Shown here: one piece after another, positions 15,145 to 24,000 of the stretch
Layout of the letters: each line of letters starts with the position of its first letter
How positions within the stretch are numbered: position 1 is the first letter of the stretch
Source of the DNA: Bacillus mojavensis
Lineage (GTDB): Bacteria; Bacillota; Bacilli; Bacillales; Bacillaceae
DNA: 24,000 nucleotides
Assembly: GCF_031316635.1 (NCBI RefSeq)
Contig: NZ_VKPU01000004.1
Reading direction: 5' to 3' (one strand)
Notes under the pieces: model-generated
Told to the model about the DNA's origin: nothing
The model's database searches: none
Seen by the model: only the letters and a program-made list of their open reading frames with translations
Position numbers and translations under genes: made by a program

Positions 15145-17025
15145 ATGGCCAAAAAAGAGTTTAAAGCAGAGTCCAAACGGCTGCTGGATATGATGATTAA
15201 TTCCATTTACACCCAAAAAGAAATTTTTCTGCGCGAGTTAATTTCCAATGCGAGTGACGCGATTGACAAAATCTATTACAAAGCGCTGACTGATGATGCG
15301 CTAACCTTCGATAAAGACAATTACTACATAAAAGTTGCGGCTGACAAAGGTGCGAGAACGCTGACAATCACGGATACAGGGATCGGAATGACAAAGGACG
15401 AACTTGAACAGCACCTCGGTACGATCGCCAAAAGCGGCTCTCTTGCGTTTAAAAAAGAAAACGAACTGAAGGACGGCCATGACATCATCGGGCAATTCGG
15501 TGTCGGATTTTATGCGGCGTTTATGGTTGCCGACGTGGTGACCGTTATCAGTAAGGCGCTCGGCAGTGAAGAAGCGTATAAATGGGAGTCTGCAGGCGCG
15601 GACGGCTACACAATTGAGCCGTGTGAAAAGGATTCTGTCGGCACAGACATTATTCTGAAGATCAAAGAGAACACGGAAGATGAGAGCTATGATGAATTTT
15701 TAGAAGAATATCGTTTAAAAGCAATCATCAAAAAGTACTCCGACTTCATTCGCTACCCGATCAAAATGGATACAACAGTTAACAAGCCGAAGGAAGGCAG
15801 CGAGAATGAATTTGAAGAGGTGCAGGAAGAACAGACGGTCAACAGCATGGTGCCGATCTGGAGAAAAAACAAGAGCGAGCTGACAGATGAGGACTATGAA
15901 ACGTTCTATTCTGAAAAGCATTACGGATTTGATAAACCGCTCACACATGTTCATATCAGTGTGGATGGTGCCGTTCGTTACAACGCGATTCTATTTATTC
16001 CTGAAAACATGCCGTTTGACTATTACTCTAAGGAATATGAGAAAGGCTTGGAGCTGTATTCCAACGGCGTGCTGATTATGAACAAATGCGCGGATCTGCT
16101 GCCGGACCACTTCAGCTTTGTAAAGGGTATGGTCGATTCTGAGGATCTGTCGCTGAACATTTCCAGAGAAATGCTGCAGCATGACCGCCAGCTGAAGCTG
16201 ATTGCGAAAAACATCAGCAAAAAGATCAAAAGCGAGCTGCAGAGCCTGCTGAAAAAAGACAGAGAAAAATATGAGACCTTCTACAAATCATTCGGCAGAC
16301 AGCTGAAGTTCGGCGTGTACAATGATTTTGGCGCGAATAAAGATCAATTGAAGGATCTCTTATTATTCTACTCTTCCAAAGAGAAAAAACTGGTCAGCCT
16401 AGACGAGTATGTATCCAGAATGCCTGAAGAACAGAAATATATTTACTACGCGACCGGTGATTCATACGATCGCATTGAAAAACTGCCGCAAACGGAAATG
16501 GTAGCGGACAAAGGCTATGAAATTCTTTACTTTACAGAGGATATTGATGAATTTGCGATCAAGATGCTCGCTTCATATCAAGAAAAAGAGTTTAAATCTG
16601 TATCAAGCGGCGACCTTGGCATCGATTCAGATGAGGATCAAAAGCAGTCTGAAGAAGAAGAAAGCAAATACAAGGATCTGTTTGAGGAAATGAAAAATAT
16701 ACTGTCCGGCAAAGTGAAAAACGTCAGAGTATCCAAACGCCTCAAATCTCATCCGGTCTGCCTTGCAGCTGATGGTGAAGTGACAATCGAGATGGAAAAA
16801 ATCTTAAATGCGATGCCGGACAGCCAAAATGTAAAAGCGGACAAAGTGCTGGAAATCAACCCGAATCACGAGGTATTCAACACGCTGCAGAACGCTTTCG
16901 AACAAGATAAAGAGAAACTAAGCCTGTACACATATCTCCTGTACAATCAGGCGCTTCTGATCGAAGGTCTGCCAATTCAGGACCCTGTGGAATTTACGAA
17001 CAATATGTGCAAAGTAATGGTGTAA
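15145..17025 (+). CDS. htpG: Hsp90-family chaperone HtpG
   Basis: 626 aa. GHKL ATPase N-terminus ([30 protein letters not shown]...DTGIGMT...[13 protein letters not shown]). SD AAAGGAG. Confidence 0.97.
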   Translation: MAKKEFKAESKRLLDMMINSIYTQKEIFLRELISNASDAIDKIYYKALTDDALTFDKDNYYIKVAADKGARTLTITDTGIGMTKDELEQHLGTIAKSGSLAFKKENELKDGHDIIGQFGVGFYAAFMVADVVTVISKALGSEEAYKWESAGADGYTIEPCEKDSVGTDIILKIKENTEDESYDEFLEEYRLKAIIKKYSDFIRYPIKMDTTVNKPKEGSENEFEEVQEEQTVNSMVPIWRKNKSELTDEDYETFYSEKHYGFDKPLTHVHISVDGAVRYNAILFIPENMPFDYYSKEYEKGLELYSNGVLIMNKCADLLPDHFSFVKGMVDSEDLSLNISREMLQHDRQLKLIAKNISKKIKSELQSLLKKDREKYETFYKSFGRQLKFGVYNDFGANKDQLKDLLLFYSSKEKKLVSLDEYVSRMPEEQKYIYYATGDSYDRIEKLPQTEMVADKGYEILYFTEDIDEFAIKMLASYQEKEFKSVSSGDLGIDSDEDQKQSEEEESKYKDLFEEMKNILSGKVKNVRVSKRLKSHPVCLAADGEVTIEMEKILNAMPDSQNVKADKVLEINPNHEVFNTLQNAFEQDKEKLSLYTYLLYNQALLIEGLPIQDPVEFTNNMCKVMV

Positions 17026-17028
17026 GAA

Positions 17029-17070
17029 TAAAAAAAGGGAATCGTCCAAATGAGACGATTCCTTTTTTTA
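17029..17070. terminator. Bidirectional terminator between htpG and csbC
   Basis: aaaaaaa-ggaatcgtc-caaatga-gacgattcc-ttttttt, between convergent stop codons. Confidence 0.8.
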
Positions 17071-17071
17071 T

Positions 17072-18457
17072 TTATGACGTCCGTTCATTGAGCACACGGC
17101 TTTGTCTATTGTTTTTCCTTTTAAAACGTTGTTTCAGGCTTGCTTCAATTTCTTCCAAGCTTTTCCCTTTGGTTTCAGGAACCATGTAAAGGGCGAAGAA
17201 AAATGAGAGAAGACAAATGACTGAGAAAATCATAAAGACCCATGCGATGCCCATCACGCTGAGCATGAGCGGGAAGACGAGCGACACGATCAGGTTGGCC
17301 GCCGATAGCACCAAAGTGGTGAACCCTGTCGCTGCTCCGCGCGCTTTGGACGGGAAGAGCTCAGGCATGAGCACCCAAACCACCGGCCCCCATGTCGCCT
17401 GGTAGAATACGATATAAACTCCGAGAAATACGACGGTGAGCCAAGCTGTTGATGTAGAGAGCCCCAGCATCAGGAGCACACCCGATAGTGCGGCCAAGCT
17501 CAGCGTAATGCCGACACTTCCCCAGATCAGAAGCTTTTTGCGGCCGACACGGTCAATTAAGATCATGGCGGTGATACACATGATGACGTTGAGGACACCG
17601 ATTCCCATTGTGCCGAGTGCAGAAGCTGACGTACCAAGGCCAGCCTTTGTAAAAATGGTTGGCGCATAGTATATCACCGTGTTAATGCCGACAGCCTGCT
17701 GGAATATAGCAAGACCGACCCCAATCAAAAGCATGGGACGAATCCATTTGGCTTTTAACACGCCGAGTGTTGTTTCTTTTTTCTCAGCTTCCCCTTGCTT
17801 CATCTCCGCCAATTCTATTTCAATATCTTTTGGATCATGAGTGATTTTCATGATTCGTTTTGCTTCATCTTCACGTCCGCGCTTCACGAGCCATCTTGGC
17901 GATTCCGGCATAAACGCGATCCCGATTAATAAAAGCACGGCAGGAACCGCAGCCAGCCCCACCATCCAGCGCCACGCTTCAAACGGTGTGAATAGAAAGT
18001 TTACAATATATGCAAGTAAAATACCGGTGACAATCATTAGGTTGTTCATCGTGCCGAGTGTTCCGCGGATTTTTGTCGGCGCCATTTCTGAAAGGTAGAC
18101 AGGCACCAGCGCCGTTGAACCGCCTACGGCTAAACCGAGAATGACCCGAGACATTATTAGCATGGTGACGGTTTGAGAAAACGCACAAGCGAGCGCCCCA
18201 ATGATAAAAATGATGGAAAGGACAAATACGACTTTTCTCCTGCCCCAGCGATCGGAGCACGTCCCGCTGAATGCGGAACCAAAAATCGCGCCGAGTAGCA
18301 GCATGCTGACAACCAATCCTTCTGTCAGTGTTGTTAAAGGGATATCATTGTTGATAAATAGCAGCGCGCCCGAGATGACGCCCGTATCGTAACCGTAAAG
18401 CAGCCCCCCTAAAGCGCCGAAAAAGTAGATCAAATATTTCCTTATATTTGTCTTCAC
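17072..18457 (-). CDS. csbC: MFS sugar:proton symporter family protein (CsbC)
   Basis: 461 aa, 12 TM. Sugar-porter signatures GRRKVVF, PESPRWL and PETKGKSLEEIE. Confidence 0.9.
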   Translation of the reverse strand: MKTNIRKYLIYFFGALGGLLYGYDTGVISGALLFINNDIPLTTLTEGLVVSMLLLGAIFGSAFSGTCSDRWGRRKVVFVLSIIFIIGALACAFSQTVTMLIMSRVILGLAVGGSTALVPVYLSEMAPTKIRGTLGTMNNLMIVTGILLAYIVNFLFTPFEAWRWMVGLAAVPAVLLLIGIAFMPESPRWLVKRGREDEAKRIMKITHDPKDIEIELAEMKQGEAEKKETTLGVLKAKWIRPMLLIGVGLAIFQQAVGINTVIYYAPTIFTKAGLGTSASALGTMGIGVLNVIMCITAMILIDRVGRKKLLIWGSVGITLSLAALSGVLLMLGLSTSTAWLTVVFLGVYIVFYQATWGPVVWVLMPELFPSKARGAATGFTTLVLSAANLIVSLVFPLMLSVMGIAWVFMIFSVICLLSFFFALYMVPETKGKSLEEIEASLKQRFKRKNNRQSRVLNERTS

Positions 18458-18521
18458 AAATGTTCCTCCTCAGTCTTTGAGCCAATGAGTATGTACTATA
18501 TTTAACAAAGTTAATAGAGTA

Positions 18522-18548
18522 GTACCCTTTTCCTAATCGATTTGAAAC
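18522..18548 (-). promoter_or_regulatory. Sigma-B-type promoter upstream of csbC
   Basis: Minus strand reads GTTTCA, 15 nt, GGGTAC (consensus GTTTAA-N12-15-GGGTAT). It lies about 65 nt upstream of the csbC start. csbC is a known general-stress gene. Confidence 0.6.
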
Positions 18549-18585
18549 ATTTGTTTGAAAAAATCTTGATTTCACAAAAGGAAAT

Positions 18586-19098
18586 TCAAAGCCAAAACGA
18601 GGGATATTGGCGGTTTTTACGCAAGTTATTGATCACGATAGCGAGGATCACAATGATGGCAGATCCAATGAAAACAGGAAACAGTAAATAACTCCAAGCA
18701 TACGCCCCTTGAATGACAACAATGGGATCTGCGCCGGCAGGAGGATGAGTGGTTTTGGTCAGCATCATAAAGAAGATGGCAAGCCCTGTCCCCAATGCAA
18801 AAGTCCAGGGATGAGCCCCGAATATATGAAGGACAGCCAGTCCTGTAAGGGCAGATATAAAATGGCCGCCAATCACATTTCTCGGCTGCGATAAAGGTGC
18901 ATTCCAAGCGCTGAATACCAGTACGCAGCTAGCTCCAAAAGGGGCCATTAACCATGGGCTTGCTGTATAAGAGGTTAATACTGCAAGAGTCAGAATGGTG
19001 ATGAACCCTCCTAAAAATCCTGTGACGGCATCCTTTCCGTTTACCTGTAAAGGTGTTTTTCCTTTTCCTTTCATTTTCAAAAAGAAGTTGTTTTCCAC
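18586..19098 (-). CDS. HPP-family integral membrane protein
   Basis: 170 aa with four or five TM segments and the family-defining THPPAGA motif. GTG start with GGAGGG 6 nt upstream. Confidence 0.8.
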   Translation of the reverse strand: MENNFFLKMKGKGKTPLQVNGKDAVTGFLGGFITILTLAVLTSYTASPWLMAPFGASCVLVFSAWNAPLSQPRNVIGGHFISALTGLAVLHIFGAHPWTFALGTGLAIFFMMLTKTTHPPAGADPIVVIQGAYAWSYLLFPVFIGSAIIVILAIVINNLRKNRQYPSFWL

Positions 19099-19182
19099 AT
19101 TTATCCCTCCAGTATGTATAGGATAATAGCTAAGAACTAACCTGTCAATTTTATTTTTAATGGTTAGTTTTTGACTTCAATA

Positions 19183-19209
19183 AAAAAACCGTTCTCTGGG
19201 GACGGTTTT
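19183..19209 (-). terminator. Terminator after the CGNR zinc-finger gene
   Basis: aaaaaaaccgtt-ctctggg-gacggtttttt hairpin immediately after the stop codon. Confidence 0.75.
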
Positions 19210-19776
19210 TTACTCATTATTGATTTTTTTTTGATGGCGAGAGACTTTTTGCCTGTTACCGCATATCTTCATGGAGCACCATTTCCGCCTTCCTGTTTTA
19301 TCAAGAAAAAGCAAAATGCACTTTTCGTTTGCGCACCGTTTCAGCTGTTGGATGTCGTTTGTATGAATCAGCCATAAAGCATCGTAAGCGATAAGCGATA
19401 AAATGGAATCATCTAGTTTTCCATTTGGAATACGGGCAAGTTTGTCATCTAAGATTTGATAAGAAAAAGGAGCGGCGGCGATTTGATCTTGCAGGAAAGC
19501 GATAAAAGCTTGAGAAGGTTCACTGCCTTCGGCAATACTCTCAAAATGTTTTCTCAGCTCCGCGCGGAATTGGTGAATCCGTTGCAATGGTTCTTGGACT
19601 TGCTGTAGTGTAAAAGAACTGAGAAAAGGAGCAGTTTCTCCCATTAATTCTAACCATGCCATCAGATCTTTTTCTGACTGGATAAGATCGTGCCGTTTAT
19701 CATAGCTTATGATTTCAGTATTAACGAGATCGAGAGAAAGGTTTTGTGTGATAAGAGGGAAATGAGCATTTGTCAT
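19210..19776 (-). CDS. CGNR zinc-finger / ABATE-domain protein (putative stress-associated regulator)
   Basis: 188 aa from ATG 19776 (GAAAGGAA SD). C-terminal signature RCANEKCILLFLDKTGRRKWCSMKICGNRQKV is the C-x4-C...WCSM-x2-CGNR zinc-ribbon pattern. The N-terminal LDLVNTE is typical of ABATE domains. Confidence 0.8.
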   Translation of the reverse strand: MTNAHFPLITQNLSLDLVNTEIISYDKRHDLIQSEKDLMAWLELMGETAPFLSSFTLQQVQEPLQRIHQFRAELRKHFESIAEGSEPSQAFIAFLQDQIAAAPFSYQILDDKLARIPNGKLDDSILSLIAYDALWLIHTNDIQQLKRCANEKCILLFLDKTGRRKWCSMKICGNRQKVSRHQKKINNE

Positions 19777-19912
19777 TGGAATCATTCCTTTCACAATCAT
19801 TGTAAGCGCCAAAACCTTTTTCACGCAAGGATATGAGTAAAAGGCGGTGCTCATCCCGTTAACGGAAAACAGGCCGTTTCTGTACCTGCATTTCATGGAC
19901 GGGAGGAAAAAA

Positions 19913-19948
19913 CATAAAAAAAACCTTACTCGCCCGGAGTAAGGTTTT
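19913..19948 (-). terminator. Terminator of yxcE-yxcD
   Basis: ccttactc-gcccg-gagtaagg stem with flanking A and T runs, 14 nt beyond the yxcD stop. Confidence 0.75.
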
Positions 19949-19961
19949 AATTAGGACATTT

Positions 19962-20270
19962 TTATGCTTCTCCCTCGTTGACGAAAACCAAGGCGGAGAA
20001 TCCTTTTTTCTTATCAAACTGCAATTCAACGACGGTAACGTCTGGATTGAAGTTATGGTACTCCTCTAAGAACTGAATAATGCCTTCTGAAATGTCATCT
20101 GACTCAAGCTGCTTGTGATGCAGGCCATATTTGGCTTCAGCGAAAAATCCTGTACGCTTGTTGTAAGACAGCTCTTTTACTTCAACGTCTTCAGGGTAAA
20201 TCTCTTCTTCATTAGAAATATACACACAAATCCCGTCTACAATTTCTTGCTCGTTTAATACCAATCTCAT
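19962..20270 (-). CDS. yxcD: Small acidic cytoplasmic protein of unknown function (YxcD-like)
   Basis: 102 aa. The ORF starts 3 nt after the yxcE stop, so the two are translationally coupled. Named by size and position from remembered 168 synteny. Confidence 0.7.
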   Translation of the reverse strand: MRLVLNEQEIVDGICVYISNEEEIYPEDVEVKELSYNKRTGFFAEAKYGLHHKQLESDDISEGIIQFLEEYHNFNPDVTVVELQFDKKKGFSALVFVNEGEA

Positions 20271-20273
20271 TAC

Positions 20274-20924
20274 CTAAAATCTCCTTCTGTACGTCTTCGG
20301 TGTTTTAAATGCGCGAATGATTGCAATGACAATGATTAATATAATGATCAAAGCGATGACATCAACGATCCAGGCAATAGGCGAAGGGCCATAAGAAACA
20401 TAGCCTGGGCCCCCGACTGGATGATAAGTGTAACCCCAAGGGTGCATCATGCTGATCATGAACATGCTCGTTGTGAATCCGCTATAATAGCCAAACCATC
20501 CTGATGGCGAGAATCCTGCATTGTAATAATGATTCACTGAAACATAACGTCCGCCAACATAAGCTTTAGATGTTTTTCCGCTGTATGTCTTTCCGCTTAC
20601 TTTTGATGTGGCACCGGAAAACGTGCCTGACGATGTTTTAGAGCTTGATGAGCTTGTCTTATCGGAAGATTTCTTTTTCAGCGAAATCGATGATGATGAA
20701 TCATCAGACGTTTTGGAGTTTTTGCTTGAAGAGCTTGATCCTGAACTGTAGCTGGATTTCGGGCTGGATTTATAGCTTCCGCTGTATGACGAGCTTGAAC
20801 TTCGGCTGCTGTGACTGGATGATGAGCGGCCACTAAAACTTTTTGCATGAGAAATGGTTGATGGCAGCAGTACACCTAAAGCAACGGTTACTGCAACTAA
20901 GGCTTTTACATATTTCAGTTTCAT
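20274..20924 (-). CDS. yxcE: Secreted/anchored serine-rich low-complexity protein (YxcE-like)
   Basis: 216 aa. Signal peptide MKLKYVKALVAVTVALGVLLPSTISHA, an S/K-rich disordered tract of about 100 aa, an aromatic/Gly-rich segment, and a C-terminal TM (IVDVIALIIILIIVIAII) with a basic tail. GGAGG SD. Confidence 0.75.
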   Translation of the reverse strand: MKLKYVKALVAVTVALGVLLPSTISHAKSFSGRSSSSHSSRSSSSSYSGSYKSSPKSSYSSGSSSSSKNSKTSDDSSSSISLKKKSSDKTSSSSSKTSSGTFSGATSKVSGKTYSGKTSKAYVGGRYVSVNHYYNAGFSPSGWFGYYSGFTTSMFMISMMHPWGYTYHPVGGPGYVSYGPSPIAWIVDVIALIIILIIVIAIIRAFKTPKTYRRRF

Positions 20925-21152
20925 TCTGTTTCCTCCATAGGCCGCAACGGCCCGTTATTTCTGGTTTGAATCATCAGCAAAAGTGAAAGAGGGGCCAGAT
21001 AGATGAGCTTATTCTAGCGTTATATCAATCTTTCATATCGTATTTAGCTTTTTCAATCACTTTCTTTCTGAGATAAACTCCCTTTATTTTATCGGATTCA
21101 TGGCTCTTTTTGTAAGTTTTACATCAAAATCAAACCAATTTCTGGGCAAATG

Positions 21153-21189
21153 AAAACAGCCTTCCCAATGGAGAAGGCTGTTTTTTTTT
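21153..21189. terminator. Terminator downstream of iolS (hairpin usable in both directions)
   Basis: cagccttc-ccaatgga-gaaggctg, with aaaa on the left and a 9-T run on the right. It starts 2 nt beyond the iolS stop. Confidence 0.75.
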
Positions 21190-21190
21190 C

Positions 21191-22123
21191 TTATGCGAAC
21201 AGTTGATCAATAAATGAAATATCCTCTTGAGAAAGCGTCACGTCAGCTGTTTTGATGTTATCAAGCAGCTGATCGGCGCGTTTTGCGCCGGGGATTAAAA
21301 TATCGATTTCCGGTCTTGCCAAATACCAAGCCAATACGATGTGAGGGATGTCCACGTTGTGCTTTTCAGCAATTGGCGCAAGCTTGTTGACCTTTCTGAT
21401 ATTTTCTTTGAAACGCTCACCCTTGAAGTGTTCCTGTTCGTTTCGCAGGTCTCCTTCAGGGAACGTTGTATCTTCTGTATACTTTCCTGCCAATAATCCA
21501 GATACGAGCGGGAAGTAAGGAATAAATGAAATATTATGCTCCTTCGTATACGGGAAGAATGTGTTTTCCGCTTCACGGTTTAACAGGTTGTATTCGCCTT
21601 GCAATACATCTACTAATCCGTCTCTGTTTGCTTCTTTCAATTGCTCTAAAGAGAAATTGGATACACCGATGGAACGGATTTTTCCGGCTTGCTTCATTTC
21701 ATTCAGTGCGTTAACCGCTTCATCCTTCGGCGTATGTTCATCCGGGAAGTGAATGTAGAACAGATCGATATAGTCAGTTTTCAAACGCTTCAGGCTTTCA
21801 TCAACCGATTTTTTAAGAAATGCTGGTGAATTATCAAAGACAAAGTCATTTCCTTCTTTTCGGTGTGCGGCTTTCGTGGCGATGACGACATCTTCGCGGT
21901 TGAATTCGCGCAGCACCTCACCAATTAATTCTTCGGAACGGCCGATCCCATAAATGTAAGCGGTATCTAACATGGTCACGCCATTGCGAATGGCCTCGCG
22001 AACCAATTCTTTTCCGGTTTCTTCATTCAGATTCGGGTAGAGGTTATGTCCTCCTACAGCATTTGTTCCTAATCCGATAGGGAATACCTGCAAGTCTGAT
22101 TTTCCGAGCGTTGCTTTTTTCAT
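21191..22123 (-). CDS. iolS: Aldo-keto reductase IolS
   Basis: 310 aa. AKR fold motifs ([27 protein letters not shown]). It lies downstream of iolR, as in the iolRS operon. Confidence 0.9.
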   Translation of the reverse strand: MKKATLGKSDLQVFPIGLGTNAVGGHNLYPNLNEETGKELVREAIRNGVTMLDTAYIYGIGRSEELIGEVLREFNREDVVIATKAAHRKEGNDFVFDNSPAFLKKSVDESLKRLKTDYIDLFYIHFPDEHTPKDEAVNALNEMKQAGKIRSIGVSNFSLEQLKEANRDGLVDVLQGEYNLLNREAENTFFPYTKEHNISFIPYFPLVSGLLAGKYTEDTTFPEGDLRNEQEHFKGERFKENIRKVNKLAPIAEKHNVDIPHIVLAWYLARPEIDILIPGAKRADQLLDNIKTADVTLSQEDISFIDQLFA

Positions 22124-22176
22124 GATCTACCTCCTGGAATAAAATTGATGAAAGACTCTCAATACTATTGTAAACG

Positions 22177-22932
22177 TTAAGCTAGATGAATGCCGATTTG
22201 GTGCTCATGGCAGTACTGCGTGTACTCGTCATCTAACGGCTGAGATGTCACAATACAATGCAGTCTGTCAAAGGGCGCATAGGTCAGCAGCGTTGATTTT
22301 CCGAATTTAGAATGATCGGCCAATAAATACACTTCTTTCGCTTTTTCAGAAATCCTCTTTTTAATGTCGTACTCGAGCAGATCCGAATTGGTCAATCCGT
22401 GTGTCAGTGTTGTTCCGGTTGCGGACATAAAGGCTTTGTTGATATTGTACTTCTCCAAGGTACCGGGATCATCCATGCCGACAAAGGAGCGTGTTTTTCT
22501 TTTATAGTTGTTTCCGATGATGATTAAGTTGATATGTTTCAAAGCCGCCGCCGCATTGATAATGTCCAAACTGTTGGTTAAAATGGTGACATTTTTGTTC
22601 GGATCAAGCGTATCGAGAATCGATTTGGTCGTTGTTCCTGAGTCAATGAAGATTAAGTCATGGTCTTCAATAAAACGGGAGGCGTAATGGGCAATTTTTG
22701 TTTTTTCATCTTGGTGCTGGATGGTGCGATTCTCAAAAGGAACCAATGCGGTTTTCTCAATTGATGTTACGCCGCCGTATACTTTTTCGATGGCACCCTT
22801 TTCCGTTAGCTTGTTGATATCGCGTCTGACTGTGTTTTTCGAGACATTGAAAACCTGGCACAGCTCATCTAAGGAAACAGTGCCATGCGATAAAATGTAC
22901 TCCTCCATTTCCTGTATCCGCATCAGTTTCAT
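22177..22932 (-). CDS. iolR: DeoR-family repressor of the myo-inositol operon, IolR
   Basis: 251 aa from ATG 22932 (AAGGAG 8 nt upstream). DeoR HTH (LDELCQVFNVSKNTVRRDINKLTEKG) plus a sugar-phosphate-binding C-terminal domain. It is divergent from iolA. Confidence 0.9.
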   Translation of the reverse strand: MKLMRIQEMEEYILSHGTVSLDELCQVFNVSKNTVRRDINKLTEKGAIEKVYGGVTSIEKTALVPFENRTIQHQDEKTKIAHYASRFIEDHDLIFIDSGTTTKSILDTLDPNKNVTILTNSLDIINAAAALKHINLIIIGNNYKRKTRSFVGMDDPGTLEKYNINKAFMSATGTTLTHGLTNSDLLEYDIKKRISEKAKEVYLLADHSKFGKSTLLTYAPFDRLHCIVTSQPLDDEYTQYCHEHQIGIHLA

Positions 22933-22979
22933 ACAAAAAACTCCTTCTTGAATCTTAAAGTAATGTAAATATATAATAA

Positions 22980-23001
22980 AAATCAAAAGTTAATCAATAG
23001 T
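22980..23001 (+). promoter_or_regulatory. Tandem IolR 11-mer operator in the iolRS promoter region
   Basis: AAATCAAAAGT and TAATCAATAGT are directly adjacent. Both satisfy the remembered IolR consensus WRAYCAADARD at all 11 positions. They overlap a minus-strand TTGATT (-35-like, 22997-22992) that has an A/T-rich -10 around 22970-22975. Confidence 0.55.
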
Positions 23002-23122
23002 TGCTTAAAAAATGATAACATTGGTATAAATTTTTTTCAAGATTCACCGAACTTGCAGGCGATCTCTTCCATTGCTGAAAGATTAGTATAATAAAAATAA
23101 TGAGAAAATTTAGTGTTTATGA

Positions 23123-23151
23123 TTGACTTATGGGTATTATACGATTAGAAT
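23123..23151 (+). promoter_or_regulatory. Sigma-A promoter of the iol operon
   Basis: TTGACT (23123-23128), a 17-nt spacer, then TAGAAT (23146-23151), immediately followed by IolR operator repeats. Confidence 0.55.
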
Positions 23152-23152
23152 A

Positions 23153-23174
23153 TAACCAAGAAATGACCAAGAAG
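23153..23174 (+). promoter_or_regulatory. Tandem IolR 11-mer operator at the iol promoter
   Basis: TAACCAAGAAA and TGACCAAGAAG are directly adjacent. Both fit WRAYCAADARD at every position. They start 2 nt after the -10 hexamer, where bound repressor would block initiation. Confidence 0.55.
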
Positions 23175-23256
23175 TAACCTGACATGTGTGATTTCAGTGA
23201 TGAAATGGTTGCTTGCATAACACATGTATCTAACCATTGATTTTTTTTGGTTTTTT

Positions 23257-23270
23257 TGAAAGCGTTTAAT
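23257..23270 (+). promoter_or_regulatory. cre-like (CcpA) element in the iol leader
   Basis: TGAAAGCGTTTAAT matches cre consensus TGWAANCGNTNWCA at 12 of 14 positions, with mismatches in the last two. It lies about 100 nt downstream of the predicted iol start site. A leader cre is described for this operon, as far as I recall. Confidence 0.35.
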
Positions 23271-23341
23271 TCTTATCATATGAATCTATCCTGAACCATC
23301 CATACAAGTGTATGTGTTTACTAATGAAGGAGGCAATAAGA

Positions 23342-24000
23342 ATGGCAGAAATCAGAAAATTAAAAAACTATATCAACGGTGAATGGGTTGAAAGCAAAAC
23401 AGATCAATATGAAGACGTTATCAATCCGGCAACGAAAGAAGTGCTGTGCCAAGTGCCGATTTCTACAAAAGAAGACATTGATTACGCGGCTCAAACAGCG
23501 GCTGAGGCATTTAAAACATGGTCGAAAGTGGCGGTTCCGCGCCGTGCGAGAATTCTATTTACCTTCCAGCAGCTGCTGTCTCAGCATAAAGAAGAACTTG
23601 CTCATCTAATCACCATCGAAAACGGCAAAAATACAAAAGAAGCTCTGGGAGAAGTGGGACGCGGGATTGAAAACGTTGAGTTCGCGGCAGGCGCGCCTTC
23701 TCTGATGATGGGAGACTCACTTGCATCTATTGCGACGGATGTTGAAGCGGCCAACTACCGCTACCCAATTGGAGTTGTCGGCGGAATCGCACCATTTAAC
23801 TTCCCGATGATGGTTCCTTGCTGGATGTTCCCAATGGCCATTGCACTCGGCAACACTTTTATTTTAAAACCGTCTGAGCGTACGCCGCTGTTAACGGAGA
23901 AATTGGTTGAGCTCTTCGAAAAAGCGGGCCTTCCTAAAGGTGTTTTCAACGTCGTATATGGTGCACATGATGTGGTAAACGGCATTCTGGAGCATCCTGA
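23342..24000 (+). CDS. iolA: Methylmalonate-semialdehyde dehydrogenase IolA (MmsA), 5' part, continues beyond the window
   Basis: Not in the ORF track because no stop is reached. ATG 23342 follows AGGAGG. Translation [60 protein letters not shown]...[36 protein letters not shown] is a typical ALDH/MMSDH N-terminus. Confidence 0.95.
   Translation, partial: MAEIRKLKNYINGEWVESKTDQYEDVINPATKEVLCQVPISTKEDIDYAAQTAAEAFKTWSKVAVPRRARILFTFQQLLSQHKEELAHLITIENGKNTKEALGEVGRGIENVEFAAGAPSLMMGDSLASIATDVEAANYRYPIGVVGGIAPFNFPMMVPCWMFPMAIALGNTFILKPSERTPLLTEKLVELFEKAGLPKGVFNVVYGAHDVVNGILEHP

Noticed and set aside
17217-18392. Several 60-93 aa ORFs on both strands within csbC
   Set aside because: All lie inside or antisense to the 12-TM transporter gene. 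They have no SDs and biased composition, so they are shadow ORFs.
20645-20875. Repetitive-looking DNA and extra ORFs inside yxcE (possible tandem repeat or CRISPR-like periodicity)
   Set aside because: The repetition is imperfect serine-codon low complexity within a coding frame. There is no conserved repeat unit or spacer structure. The overlapping ORFs are frame artefacts.
21173-21189. 9-T run on the plus-strand side of the iolS terminator, suggesting a plus-strand sRNA ending here
   Set aside because: I found no convincing plus-strand promoter in 20925-21150. The hairpin also has an A-run on the other side, so it is most simply a bidirectional terminator serving iolS.
23379-23985. 76-aa plus ORF and 74-aa minus ORF from the track in the iolA region
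   Set aside because: Both are out of frame with or antisense to the clearly recognisable IolA reading frame that starts at 23342. The track omits that frame only because it has no stop within the window.

Overview
This window reads as a Bacillus subtilis-group chromosome segment from the yxa-yxb-yxc-iol neighbourhood. Gene names come from recognising the translated proteins and from my memory of B. subtilis 168 synteny; no alignments were run. Left to right the core genes are: yxaD (3' end), yxnA, qdoR-qdoI with LmrA/QdoR operator boxes, yxaH, yxaI, yxaJ, aldX, yxbF, yxbG, yxcA, htpG, csbC (sigma-B-type promoter), yxcD, yxcE, iolS, iolR, and the 5' part of iolA with IolR 11-mer operators. The main finding is a ~5.2 kb AT-rich islet (about 8576-13740) between the intact terminators of the convergent genes yxbF and yxbG. 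It forms one compact minus-strand operon. The operon has a near-consensus sigma-A promoter and two glycine-rich prepeptides with textbook double-glycine leaders (LDEKELMNIDGG and LNEQELLEIDGG). These are followed by a small two-TM candidate immunity protein, a C39-peptidase ABC exporter, a HlyD-type accessory protein and a terminator. This looks like a self-contained, regulator-less class IIb (two-peptide, lactacin F/brochocin/cerein 7B-like) bacteriocin system acquired horizontally, a type not known to me from the B. subtilis group. Secondary observations: an HPP-membrane-protein/CGNR-zinc-finger gene pair between csbC and yxcD that I do not recall in strain 168. There is also a direct yxaJ-aldX junction where 168 carries about 10 kb (yxaL...asnH...yxbE). 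Others are a frameshifted MerR-like remnant between yxaI and yxaJ, a tandem-TetR regulator (yxbF), and interleaved inverted repeats in the iol leader. No rRNA, tRNA, CRISPR array, transposase or integrase was seen.
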